Shown here: positions 16,345 through 24,083 of the stretch, piece after piece
Numbering within the stretch: position 1 is the stretch's first letter
Layout of the letters: every line of letters begins with the position of its first letter
Source of the DNA: Bdellovibrionales bacterium
GTDB lineage: Bacteria; Bdellovibrionota; Bdellovibrionia; Bdellovibrionales; UBA1609
NCBI GenBank assembly: GCA_963692945.1
Contig: OY843585.1
Span: 840,001-872,000, forward strand
DNA length: 32,000 nt
Reading direction: 5' to 3'
Notes under the pieces: generated by a model
Database searches by the model: none
What the model saw: the letters and a program-made list of their open reading frames with translations, nothing else
Told to the model about the DNA's origin: nothing
Made by a program: the position numbers and the translations under genes

Positions 16345-16544
16345 ACAAAACTCTAGTGTGTACCTTTCTTATTTTCTGACCTTTCATCGTAAGAGGGACA
16401 CTCTTCAAGTTCAGAAAATAAGTAGAGTTTCATAGAGAAAAACTGCTGTTTTTCGCAACTCTGGTTTTCGTAAGAGGGACACTCTTCAAATCTCGTTAAA
16501 ATAAGAGTTACTTAATAGATTTATTGTTTGAACTAGAGTTTTGT
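16345..16544. other. 200-nt nested inverted-repeat element (candidate structured RNA, MITE-like unit or protein-bound DNA site)
   Basis: A perfect 13-bp closing inverted repeat spans 16345-16357 / 16532-16544. Inside are a 12-bp stem (16368-16379 / 16411-16422), a 7-bp hairpin (16437-16454) and a 6-bp stem (16457-16462 / 16504-16509). An identical 22-mer appears at 16387-16408 and 16468-16489. Confidence 0.6.
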
Positions 16545-16627
16545 TTTAATGACAAGATACAAAAAAAAGTTCTAAAAAGGAGGATAAAAATAAAAAAAAG
16601 CCCTCTACATAATAGAGAGCTTTTTTT
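16544..16627. repeat. direct repeat DR-R (~84 nt), partner of 16091-16171
   Basis: See DR-L. It ends in the terminator hairpin of the pentapeptide gene. Confidence 0.85.
16592..16627 (-). terminator. rho-independent terminator of the pentapeptide-repeat gene (bidirectional form)
   Basis: A8 - gccctcta cataa tagagagc - T7, an 8-bp stem with 1 mismatch, about 50 nt past the stop at 16674. Confidence 0.55.
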
Positions 16628-16673
16628 AAGCTTAGTAATAAAGATATATGTTTTTCTTTAGAATTATTTTAAA

Positions 16674-16988
16674 TTAGGGAACAAAAACCATTCCTTTTTT
16701 TATTGCTTGTTCTTTAGAGAATGGAAGTATTGTGTACTTATTAAATTTAGCCCTTTGAAGATTAGCCCCTTTAAGATTAGCCTTTTGAACCCTAGTAAGA
16801 TCAGCCTTGGAAAGTTTAGCCCCTTGAAGATGAGCCCCTCTAAGATAAGCCCCTTGAAGATTAGCCTTTGTAAGATCAGTGTTTTCAAGATCAGCCTTTG
16901 GTTTTATCTTATATGTTGTTTGTACTGTTATAGTCTTCCCTATACCTTGAAAAGAAAACATTATTAAAATTGCTATTAGTTTCTTCAT
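16674..16988 (-). CDS. secreted pentapeptide-repeat protein
   Basis: 104 aa. SD AAGGAG. Signal peptide MKKLIAILIMFSFQGIG, then ADLENTDLTKANLQGAYLRGAHLQGAKLSKADLTRVQKANLKGANLQRAKF, about 10 A(D/N)LxG-type pentapeptides. The DNA shows a 15-nt periodicity that creates spurious ORFs in other frames. Confidence 0.8.
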   Translation of the reverse strand: MKKLIAILIMFSFQGIGKTITVQTTYKIKPKADLENTDLTKANLQGAYLRGAHLQGAKLSKADLTRVQKANLKGANLQRAKFNKYTILPFSKEQAIKKGMVFVP

Positions 16989-17031
16989 TTGGACTCCTTG
17001 TTATTATTATCGGCTGACTTCTTTAGGTTTT

Positions 17032-17826
17032 TTAATTGAGGTCTTTAAAAATCATTCTACACTGATTTTTATTATTTTCTCTAAAGTTCCAATCATTTGA
17101 ATACAATATAGGTTCTACTTTTTCTTTAGCTCCTGTGGCAGAGAAGAGAGGTTTGCGTATAATAAATTCAATATTGCGAAGAAATGCTACAGCCGTCTCT
17201 TTATCTTTAAACTCAAAGTCTATTGGTCTTTTGTTTTGCATATTACCCATCGTTTCTCTAACGGTATAATAACGTTCTTCATAGGCTTTTTTGGATTCAA
17301 GAGTTTTCCCTTTGATTGTATTGCTGGCAATAAAACTTTTACTTGTTTTGGGAGGTTTAAAAGGTTTAAATTTTTCATTTTCAATATAAAAATAGATTCC
17401 TATGATACTAAGTAGAGTAAGAGAAGAAATATCTATTACTCCCAGTAGATCAAATAGGACTGACGCTTTAATAAAAAGAGTTATTTTGTCAAGTTGAGGA
17501 TCAGGGTTTGCCAAATATCTTTCCATAGCCTCCATTCTATCCATTTTTTCCTTTTCAAGATAGTGTATTGGAGATGTTGATTTTTCTAATTTATTATAGG
17601 CTTTTTTCAAAGATTCCTCACTCACTTCAAATTTCTTTTTTTTGTGAGTTTTGATGTCAAATATCTTAGGTGAAACTTCAAACTCTATGGTTTGTCCATC
17701 GTTGATCCAGCGTTGACTCACAATGTAGGTTTGCCCCTCATTGACTTGATGAGATTCTCCCTTCGCAAATTGGAATGGAATCAAACTCAATATATAAAAT
17801 AAAAAAATTAAGTTCTTATTTTTCAT
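17032..17826 (-). CDS. hypothetical secreted/membrane protein
   Basis: The track ORF extends to TTG 17904. ATG 17826 gives a clean signal peptide, MKNKNLIFLFYILSLIPFQFAKG, with AAGGAG 12 nt upstream. One internal hydrophobic segment, VIDISSLTLLSIIGIYFYI. No family recognised. Confidence 0.55.
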   Translation of the reverse strand: MKNKNLIFLFYILSLIPFQFAKGESHQVNEGQTYIVSQRWINDGQTIEFEVSPKIFDIKTHKKKKFEVSEESLKKAYNKLEKSTSPIHYLEKEKMDRMEAMERYLANPDPQLDKITLFIKASVLFDLLGVIDISSLTLLSIIGIYFYIENEKFKPFKPPKTSKSFIASNTIKGKTLESKKAYEERYYTVRETMGNMQNKRPIDFEFKDKETAVAFLRNIEFIIRKPLFSATGAKEKVEPILYSNDWNFRENNKNQCRMIFKDLN

Positions 17827-18087
17827 AACTAAGACTTTCTCCTTTTCAACATTAAAATGGATTACATTATGATCAAAAAAATAAGGAAACACTATCTTTT
17901 TCAATGAAAGTGAAATTTTTTCCTGTATTTATATGTAGATATTCCAGAGATCAACTTGCATTGGTCTTAGTAAAGCGTCATCAGATGAAAATAGTATTTA
18001 AAACAACCCTTATGTCATTGGGGCGATACGATGCCTCATCTTTCAAACAAATTTTGGATTGGGATAATAAACTAGAAGAGGCTTTTA

Positions 18088-19008
18088 TTAGAAGTAGTAT
18101 CTAAGATTAGCTGATATAACCATTGAATCTCTTTTATCTAAAACTTGCACTAAATCATTATAGTAGGTGTCTTTTGTTTCTGTATAGATATTCCAGTTGT
18201 ATCCAAGATTTACATTCAGTCCTAATTTCCGACCTAAACCAATATCAGCACCTGTATTCAAACCAGCATCAAAAGATTGTCTCCATCTTTTTATAGCAAT
18301 ATCATTTTCAGGGTTAGCATCGCTGATTAATTCTCCTGTTTTTTGAACAATAAACCATCTACGAGCAACAAGAGAACCTGAAACTCCAGCATAGGGTTTT
18401 ATACGACCTTTAAGTGGTGAAAATTTAACAGCCATAGCAACAGCAGGTTGAGCCAAACCTTCACGAACATTGTGATTGTTAACATTATTGCCTGTAACAG
18501 GAATGATATAATGTTCAGAGTAAAAAATATTTAAATCAAAAATAAAATTACCGTGACCATAGCCTCCAAAAGAAAAAAAGAAAGCGGGAGAACTGGAAGA
18601 ATTAATATTTTCAGCTCCTGGATACTGGACAGAACCTACACCAAGAGATATAAAAGCTCTATTAAACCAGTGCATACCATAAAAAGATCTTTGTGATTTT
18701 TGAGATGTAACATTTTTCAAATTTGAACTTGTTTTATTTGATGACCGACCTTTTGAAAAAAGTTTATTGTATCTTTTTTGTTCATCTTTTAATCTTTCAG
18801 TTTCTAATTTTTGAATAATAGCATCTTCTGTATCTAACTCAGCATCTTCTCTAGCGGAGCGTAGTTTTTTAGATTTGGAAGGAATTAAAGATGGAGCGGT
18901 TATATTTTGGGCTTTATTCTTATTGATAATAACAATATCGCTTTTTTTTGCCCCATAAGATGGAAATAAAAAAATAGATAAAAAAAGAACAGAAAATAAT
19001 TTAATCAT
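18088..19008 (-). CDS. outer-membrane beta-barrel protein (OmpA-like / OMP_b-brl type)
   Basis: 306 aa. SD GGAGG. Signal peptide MIKLFSVLFLSIFLFPSYGA and a charged linker. The C-terminal ~190 aa show alternating aromatic/Gly beta-strand patterns and end in the OMP signature ..ANLRYYF. Confidence 0.7.
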   Translation of the reverse strand: MIKLFSVLFLSIFLFPSYGAKKSDIVIINKNKAQNITAPSLIPSKSKKLRSAREDAELDTEDAIIQKLETERLKDEQKRYNKLFSKGRSSNKTSSNLKNVTSQKSQRSFYGMHWFNRAFISLGVGSVQYPGAENINSSSSPAFFFSFGGYGHGNFIFDLNIFYSEHYIIPVTGNNVNNHNVREGLAQPAVAMAVKFSPLKGRIKPYAGVSGSLVARRWFIVQKTGELISDANPENDIAIKRWRQSFDAGLNTGADIGLGRKLGLNVNLGYNWNIYTETKDTYYNDLVQVLDKRDSMVISANLRYYF

Positions 19009-19200
19009 AATAAAGCCTCCTATTTGCTCTATAAATTTTAAATAAAAATACTGTTAAATACAAGAGAAACTCTTAGAATAAAACCTTTAAATAAATTCTA
19101 TTTGATGTTTTCTTAGGCTAAAGTCTATATCAGGCAGAGACTTGGTAGAAGAAAAATTCTTGACTATTTTGGACTTGTTTTTCACATTAGACTTTCCCTA

Positions 19201-19287
19201 GCCTCGGTGGCGGAACTGGTAGACGCGCTGGACTCAAAATCCAGTGAAGTTCGCTTCATGGGAGTTCGAGTCTCCCCCGAGGCACCA
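19201..19287 (+). tRNA. tRNA-Leu (anticodon CAA), CCA encoded
   Basis: Folded by hand. Acceptor gcctcgg/ccgaggc. Anticodon stem ctgga/tccag with loop cuCAAaa. Long variable arm tgaag-ttcg-cttca. T arm gggag-ttcgagt-ctccc. Discriminator A plus CCA. Confidence 0.95.
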
Positions 19288-19336
19288 TTTTTAAAAAAGC
19301 GTATTTAAATACAAGACTTTCATATCTGAAAAATGG

Positions 19337-19363
19337 TTTATGGCGTGATTTTGGCATGATTTT
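19337..19363. repeat. second copy of the 27-nt ggcgtgatttt-type double repeat
   Basis: tttatggcgtgattttggcatgatttt matches 16200-16226 at 26 of 27 positions. It lies about 50 nt after tRNA-Leu(CAA). Confidence 0.85.
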
Positions 19364-19390
19364 TTTTGAATCAATAAGTATATAGATCCC

Positions 19391-19557
19391 TTTCTTTTAA
19401 ACTTGAATTTGCTTTTTCCATAGCATGAAGAAAGTCACGAGCTAAAATAAAATTTGAATGATTATCAAAAATAAACAAAAACTTTTTTATTTTTAAGTGG
19501 ATTTTGTAGTTTTTTCACTTTTTAAAAAAATTTAGTTTAAAAATGGAACAAATCAAC
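19391..19557 (-). pseudogene. relic of T4SS pilin (VirB2-like) 5' end plus the 3' end of its upstream gene
   Basis: Aligns in direct orientation with 5941-6107, about 80% identity by eye with one ~12-nt gap. The encoded remnant ..ILARDFLHAMEKANSSLKE compares with ILARDFLHSVEEASSSLKE. The start-codon position reads ATA, and the frame stops about 8 codons after the homology ends. Confidence 0.75.
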
Positions 19558-19644
19558 CTTGATTTATAATTTACCAAAAATATACTTGATTTTTTTTAAG
19601 AATAATTGTAAAAACCATTCATTATAAAGTTAAAGGGGGATTTT

Positions 19645-20697
19645 ATGAAATTATTAATTGTATCATTATTATTTTCAACTATGGTAACTTCTTTGCCAGC
19701 TACGGCTTCGGTGGAAGCTACATCTTCTTCAGTTTTAGAAACCACTGCTAATAAGGTAAGGTTTATTTTTTATGGTCATCTAAATAAAGATAATAAAAAA
19801 TACTCCATACTTATGAGAGACAGTACAACTCCTCTTATGAGAGCTTCTATTAGGAAATATGCTTCTATTAGGAAATATCATGAAAAGGAAAAACACCTTG
19901 AATTGAAATTAGTGTTGTCTCAAAACCCAGATCCTAATGTTCAGAATGCTAATGGAGATACGGCTCTTCTTTTGGCTATGAAGAATGCTTATGACATGAT
20001 TATTACGAGAAGAGTTGACGACCCATGGTCTGCACTTTTTCTTCACGAAAAGATTGCTAAACAGTTACTCAAAGCAGGAGCAGATCCTCTTATTCAAAAT
20101 AATCAGGGAGAAACCGCTCTTACATGGATTACGGAAACTTTGTACCGGATACCTACAGGTAAAGCAGGAATACTTCCATCTCGTTTGTACAATCTTATTT
20201 ATATGATGGGAAAAGAGTTAGTGAAGCAAAAAAAATTATCTCCTCTTATGGAACTTTCTGTTTCCCAGATATATAAAGGTGATGAAAAAAAGAAAAGAGA
20301 TTCTGTTGAACAGTTACTCAAGAAAGGGGTGGATATCAATTCTCAGAGCAATGAAGGATATACGGCTCTTATGTTAGCTTCCATGTTTGATTATGGTACT
20401 GTTGTAGGTGCAAACCACTTCGTTGAATTCTTACTAGAGAAAGGAGCAGATCCTAATTTGCAGAACAATAAAGGGGATACAGCTCTTACATTAGCTGCTA
20501 TGATAGGTAATGAATCTGTAGCTGAAAACCTTATCGATAATAAGGCTGACTTATATATTCAAAATAATCAGGGAAAAACCGTTTTTGATATAGTTCGTAA
20601 GGGTGATAAAACTCTCCGTAATTATTTAGCCTTTGCAAAGCAAAAGAAACAGAATAATAAAGATCCTAATCTTTGTCAGAAAAGCTTTTTAAAATAA
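19645..20697 (+). CDS. secreted ankyrin-repeat protein
   Basis: 350 aa. SD AAAGGGGGA. Signal peptide MKLLIVSLLFSTMVTSLPATASVEA. ANK motifs include NGDTALLLAM, NQGETALTWI, EGYTALMLAS..LLEKGADPNLQNNKGDTALTLAA..LIDNKADLYIQNNQGKTVFD. Confidence 0.85.
   Translation: MKLLIVSLLFSTMVTSLPATASVEATSSSVLETTANKVRFIFYGHLNKDNKKYSILMRDSTTPLMRASIRKYASIRKYHEKEKHLELKLVLSQNPDPNVQNANGDTALLLAMKNAYDMIITRRVDDPWSALFLHEKIAKQLLKAGADPLIQNNQGETALTWITETLYRIPTGKAGILPSRLYNLIYMMGKELVKQKKLSPLMELSVSQIYKGDEKKKRDSVEQLLKKGVDINSQSNEGYTALMLASMFDYGTVVGANHFVEFLLEKGADPNLQNNKGDTALTLAAMIGNESVAENLIDNKADLYIQNNQGKTVFDIVRKGDKTLRNYLAFAKQKKQNNKDPNLCQKSFLK
19843..19878 (+). repeat. perfect 18-bp in-frame tandem duplication (ASIRKY x2)
   Basis: gcttctattaggaaatat occurs at 19843-19860 and again at 19861-19878. 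Confidence 0.95.
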
Positions 20698-20802
20698 TTT
20701 TTTAATTGTTTCCGAATACTTAAGGGGTAAGAAAGTTTCAGCTGGTTGGTTGTCTAAATAATCTCAATGATCGTTAAAATTTCTACTAAATGAGGGAACT
20801 AT

Positions 20803-20889
20803 TGGTGTGCCTGAAGCGACTTGAACGCTCACATTCAAAAGAATACTAGGCCCTCAACCTAGCCTGTCTACCAATTCCAGCACAGGCAC
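20803..20889 (-). tRNA. tRNA-Leu (anticodon GAG), CCA encoded
   Basis: The reverse complement folds by hand. Acceptor gtgcctg/caggcac. Anticodon stem ctagg/cctag with loop uuGAGgg. Long variable arm attc-tttt-gaat. T arm gagcg-ttcaagt-cgctt. A plus CCA. Confidence 0.95.
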
Positions 20890-20907
20890 AAAAAATTAAC
20901 CATTGCT

Positions 20908-20936
20908 ATCTTAAACACTTTGACATCTTTTGTAAA
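20908..20936 (-). promoter_or_regulatory. possible divergent promoter for tRNA-Leu(GAG)
   Basis: On the minus strand: -35 TTTACA (20936-20931), 17-nt spacer, -10 TAAGAT (20913-20908), about 18 nt before the tRNA 5' end. It overlaps the yajC promoter face to face. Confidence 0.35.
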
Positions 20937-20947
20937 TATCCTATAGT
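20920..20947 (+). promoter_or_regulatory. sigma70-type promoter for yajC-secDF
   Basis: -35 TTGACA (20920-20925), 16-nt spacer, -10 TATAGT (20942-20947), about 48 nt before the yajC ATG. Confidence 0.55.
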
Positions 20948-20994
20948 ATTTCCCAGAAAGAATTTCTTAAGAGAATAAAAGAAGGAGTAGAAAT

Positions 20995-21378
20995 ATGAGA
21001 ATCAGAAATTTTATTTTAAAAGGACTGGTCTTTACGAAGGCTGTTTTTTTTAGTTCTTTCAGTTTGGCAAATGAAGCGGCTCAAAGACCTTCTGGTTTTG
21101 AGCAATTTGTTCCTTTTCTTATTATAGGCTTGGTTTTTTACTTTCTTCTCATTCGTCCTCAACAAAAAAGGCACAAACAACATAGTAGTTTTCTTTCTCA
21201 AATAAAAAGGGGTGACGAAGTTCTCACAAATAGTGGTATTTTTGGGACTATAGAGGGGTTGACAGATCAGTTTGTTGTTCTAGAAGTGGCCGAAGATACA
21301 AGAATAAGAATTTTAAAATCTCAAATATCTTCTTTTGCAAATAATAGTGATAACAATAGGAAAAAAGAGAATTCATAA
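20995..21378 (+). CDS. yajC: preprotein translocase subunit YajC
   Basis: 127 aa. SD GAAGGAG. TM followed by IRPQQKRHKQHSSFLSQIKRGDEVLTNSGIFGTIEG, the hallmark YajC motif (RPQQKR...GDEV.T.gG..G). It sits upstream of secD. Confidence 0.9.
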   Translation: MRIRNFILKGLVFTKAVFFSSFSLANEAAQRPSGFEQFVPFLIIGLVFYFLLIRPQQKRHKQHSSFLSQIKRGDEVLTNSGIFGTIEGLTDQFVVLEVAEDTRIRILKSQISSFANNSDNNRKKENS

Positions 21379-21408
21379 GATCTTCTTTATTAAGGTATAT
21401 AAAAACAA

Positions 21409-23106
21409 ATGATTGAAAGTTTAAAAGTTAGATTTATCATCATTGCGGTAACTACAATATTAGCTATTAGTTACTTAGTTCCAAATTTTGTATCTCTGGA
21501 AAAATACTCTTGGTGGCCTTCAAAAAACAAATTGATTTATGGATTAGATATTCAAGGAGGTTTGCATCTGGTTCTTTCTGCTAATGTTAATGAGATTATT
21601 CATGAGCGATTGCTTCGTTTGCAAAATGATCTTACAAAAGAACTAAAAAAAGCATCTATAGATGTAAATTCCACTTCATTAAGCAATGAATATCCCTATA
21701 TTCTGAGTTTGTCTTTAAAAAAATCTTCTGATTTAGACAAGGTCAAAAGTATTATTAAAGAATCTGATGATACAAGCTCTATTCAAATCCTTAAATCTTA
21801 TGGGACTAAGCTGACATTAACTTACTATGAAACTCGCATAAGAGAACTCAAAGAAAAAGCTATAAACCAGTCTATTCAAGTTATCAGGAATCGTATTGAT
21901 GAATTTGGTGTGAGTGAACCTCTTATCAATTCACAAGGAGGAGATCGTATATTGGTGCAACTTCCAGGTGTTGAAGATTCAGAAAGAGCAAAAGATTTGA
22001 TTCAAAGGACAGCCAAATTAGAATTTGCTGTGGTCAATGAAAAATTCTCTCTTGAAAAGCTTATGTCTCTTATTAGTAAAGCAGAAAAAAGAGGAGGCTA
22101 CTCCTTAGAGTCAGGAGATATCACTTACAGGGAGTATGTAAAAAAAATCAATAAAGATTTGAAAAAGGATATTCCTAAAAATCATCGTGTTGTTTTTGAA
22201 AAAGCTCCTTCTGTCACTCAAATGAAATCTGGAAAAATTCCTTACCTTATAAATATGGAAAAGAGTGTGCAAGGAAGTCTTTTAGAAGATGCCAGTGTAA
22301 GTTTTGATCAAGATTTTAATAGACCTCAAGTTTCTTTTAAATTTCAACCTGTCGGGCGGAAACTTTTTGGAGATTTAACCAGTCAAAACATTGGTAAAAG
22401 ATTAGCTGTTATTTTAGATAATGTTTTAAAGTCAGCTCCTACAGTTCAATCTAAAATTCAAGATCAAGGTCAAATCTCTCTAGGCCAAGGCAACTACGAA
22501 GATCTTTTTTCAGAAGCGAATATGATTGCTACCACTCTTAGAGCAGGTTCTTTACCTACAAGTTTAGAACAGTTAGAGGAAAAAACGGTGGGACCAACTT
22601 TAGGGAAAGATTCTATTGATAAGGGTAAAAAAGCAGGAATTATTGGATTGCTTTTAGTGATATTTTTCATGTTGGTTTATTATAAAACTTTAGGTGTTGT
22701 TTCCAATATTTGTCTGTTGATGAATATGTTTTTTCTTTTATCTCTTTTATCTTCTTTGTCGGCCACTTTAACTTTACCTGGTGTGGCTGGTATTATTTTA
22801 ACAATTGGTATGGCTGTGGATGCCAATGTTATTATTTTTGAACGAATTAAAGAGGAGTTAAGAAAAGGTGCCAGCTTGAAGTTGGCTGTTCGTGATGGTT
22901 TTGGAAATGCTTTTTCAGCTATTGTAGATGCTAACGTAACAACAGCCATTGTATGTTTTGTCCTTATCTATTTTGGAACAGGACCTATTCGTGGTTTCGC
23001 TGTAACTTTATTTTGTGGTATTTTAACATCCCTTTTTACTTCTATATTTTTGTCCCGAACTTTATTTGATTTTATGATTGTAAAACTAGGTTTTAAAAAG
23101 TTGTAG
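21409..23106 (+). CDS. secD: protein translocase subunit SecD
   Basis: 565 aa. Motifs GLDIQGGLHLVL, VGPTLGKDSI and AVDANVIIFERIKEELRKG, plus a C-terminal multi-TM block. The yajC-secD-secF order fits. Confidence 0.92.
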   Translation: MIESLKVRFIIIAVTTILAISYLVPNFVSLEKYSWWPSKNKLIYGLDIQGGLHLVLSANVNEIIHERLLRLQNDLTKELKKASIDVNSTSLSNEYPYILSLSLKKSSDLDKVKSIIKESDDTSSIQILKSYGTKLTLTYYETRIRELKEKAINQSIQVIRNRIDEFGVSEPLINSQGGDRILVQLPGVEDSERAKDLIQRTAKLEFAVVNEKFSLEKLMSLISKAEKRGGYSLESGDITYREYVKKINKDLKKDIPKNHRVVFEKAPSVTQMKSGKIPYLINMEKSVQGSLLEDASVSFDQDFNRPQVSFKFQPVGRKLFGDLTSQNIGKRLAVILDNVLKSAPTVQSKIQDQGQISLGQGNYEDLFSEANMIATTLRAGSLPTSLEQLEEKTVGPTLGKDSIDKGKKAGIIGLLLVIFFMLVYYKTLGVVSNICLLMNMFFLLSLLSSLSATLTLPGVAGIILTIGMAVDANVIIFERIKEELRKGASLKLAVRDGFGNAFSAIVDANVTTAIVCFVLIYFGTGPIRGFAVTLFCGILTSLFTSIFLSRTLFDFMIVKLGFKKL

Positions 23107-23117
23107 GAAGGTAAAAA

Positions 23118-24014
23118 ATGTTTCAAATTAATTTTTTAAAAATATCAAAATTTCTCACACCTCTATCTCTATCTCTTTCTTTGATATCTTTAGCCATTGT
23201 TTTAATTTTTGGATTCTCCTATGGGATTGATTTTATTGGAGGTAACGAAATACAGGTTCGTTTTCAAAAACCTGTAGAGATTTCAGATTTAAGGAATCGA
23301 TTAGCATCTGCTGGAGTTGAGAAACCCAGAGTTCAAAAATTTGGAACAGAGAGTGAATTTTTGATTCGTGTTGAAGTTCTTAAAAATGAAAAGAAAAATA
23401 ATAAACGGCTAAAACTTTTAACTTCAACTTTAAAAAACAATTATCAAGAACAAGGAGTTGAAATTAGAAGAATTGATTCTGTAGGGCCTCAAATTGGACA
23501 AGAGCTACGAACAAAAGGTATTTTAGCAGTAGTGTATAGCCTTTTAATGATTCTTATTTATCTTGGCTTACGATTTGATGCAAAATACGCTCCTTCAGCA
23601 GTGATCTGTTTATTTCATGATGCCATTATAACCATGAGTGTTTTTTCTATTTTTAGATTAGAATTTAATGTTCAAACTCTGGCTGCTATTTTAGCAATCA
23701 TAGGTTATTCTCTTAATGATACCATTGTGACTTTTGATAGGATAAGGGAGAATCAAGGTTTATTTGGAAATAAAAAATCCTTTTTTGACCTTTGCAACCA
23801 ATCCATCAATGAAATGTTATCCCGAACTTTACTTACTTCTATTACAACATTGCTTGCAGTTTTCTCTATGTGGGTTTTTGCTGATGGAGTCATTAAAGAT
23901 TTTGCTTTCACTCTTGGATTAGGGGTTCTTATTGGAACTTATTCTTCCATTTATGTTGCCACTCCTCTTTTAATTTATATTGATAAATTGTTAATGAAAC
24001 CAAAAGAAGTCTAA
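23118..24014 (+). CDS. secF: protein translocase subunit SecF
   Basis: 298 aa. Motifs GIDFIGG, VGPQIGQEL and SLNDTIVTFDRIREN, plus a 6-TM layout. Confidence 0.92.
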   Translation: MFQINFLKISKFLTPLSLSLSLISLAIVLIFGFSYGIDFIGGNEIQVRFQKPVEISDLRNRLASAGVEKPRVQKFGTESEFLIRVEVLKNEKKNNKRLKLLTSTLKNNYQEQGVEIRRIDSVGPQIGQELRTKGILAVVYSLLMILIYLGLRFDAKYAPSAVICLFHDAIITMSVFSIFRLEFNVQTLAAILAIIGYSLNDTIVTFDRIRENQGLFGNKKSFFDLCNQSINEMLSRTLLTSITTLLAVFSMWVFADGVIKDFAFTLGLGVLIGTYSSIYVATPLLIYIDKLLMKPKEV

Positions 24015-24083
24015 GGCTTATTGAAGTTTTATATTTCTATTCTATTCAAAGATTTTTAAATGAAAAAATAATATTTCAAACTC

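Noticed and set aside
16353-16433. 26-aa minus-strand ORF (MKLYLFSELEECPSYDERSENKKGTH) inside the nested hairpin element. The 81-nt repeat period is in frame, so EECPSY appears twice.
   Set aside because: It has no SD, and the upstream repeat unit has no start codon after an in-frame TAA. Perfect 12-13-bp inverted repeats are better explained by nucleic-acid structure than by coding. A decayed repeat-protein pseudogene cannot be fully excluded.
16387-16489. Possible CRISPR-like array (identical 22-mers with regular spacing)
   Set aside because: There are only two copies, the spacers share homology with each other, and no cas genes are present. This is not a CRISPR array.
16345-16544. Retron msr-msd (terminal inverted repeats enclosing hairpins)
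   Set aside because: No reverse transcriptase gene lies downstream on either strand. The neighbours are a pentapeptide gene and an acidic zinc-ribbon gene.
16700-16967. Two extra ORFs (16700..16888 minus, 16707..16967 plus) overlapping the pentapeptide gene
   Set aside because: They are artefacts of the 15-nt periodic repeat. Only the 16674..16988 frame has an SD, a signal peptide and a true A(D/N)LxG pentapeptide pattern.
17904-18104. 66-aa plus-strand ORF between two minus-strand genes
   Set aside because: It has no SD, overlaps the 3' end of the OMP gene and shows no recognisable features. It is probably a chance ORF in spacer.
1-19287. Calling the whole left part a complete ICE integrated at tRNA-Leu(CAA)
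   Set aside because: No integrase, relaxase or coupling protein is in the window. The tRNA is transcribed away from the T4SS region, so the island would lie on the wrong side for the usual arrangement. Only partial boundary evidence is reported, as separate tentative findings.
99-22949. Other short antisense or overlapping track ORFs (99..314, 2179..2394, 7788..8183, 8680..8940, 11960..12181, 13920..14105, 15630..15845, 20015..20206, 21016..21201, 22680..22949)
   Set aside because: Each lies wholly inside a longer, motif-supported gene on the opposite strand or in another frame, and none has a recognisable feature.
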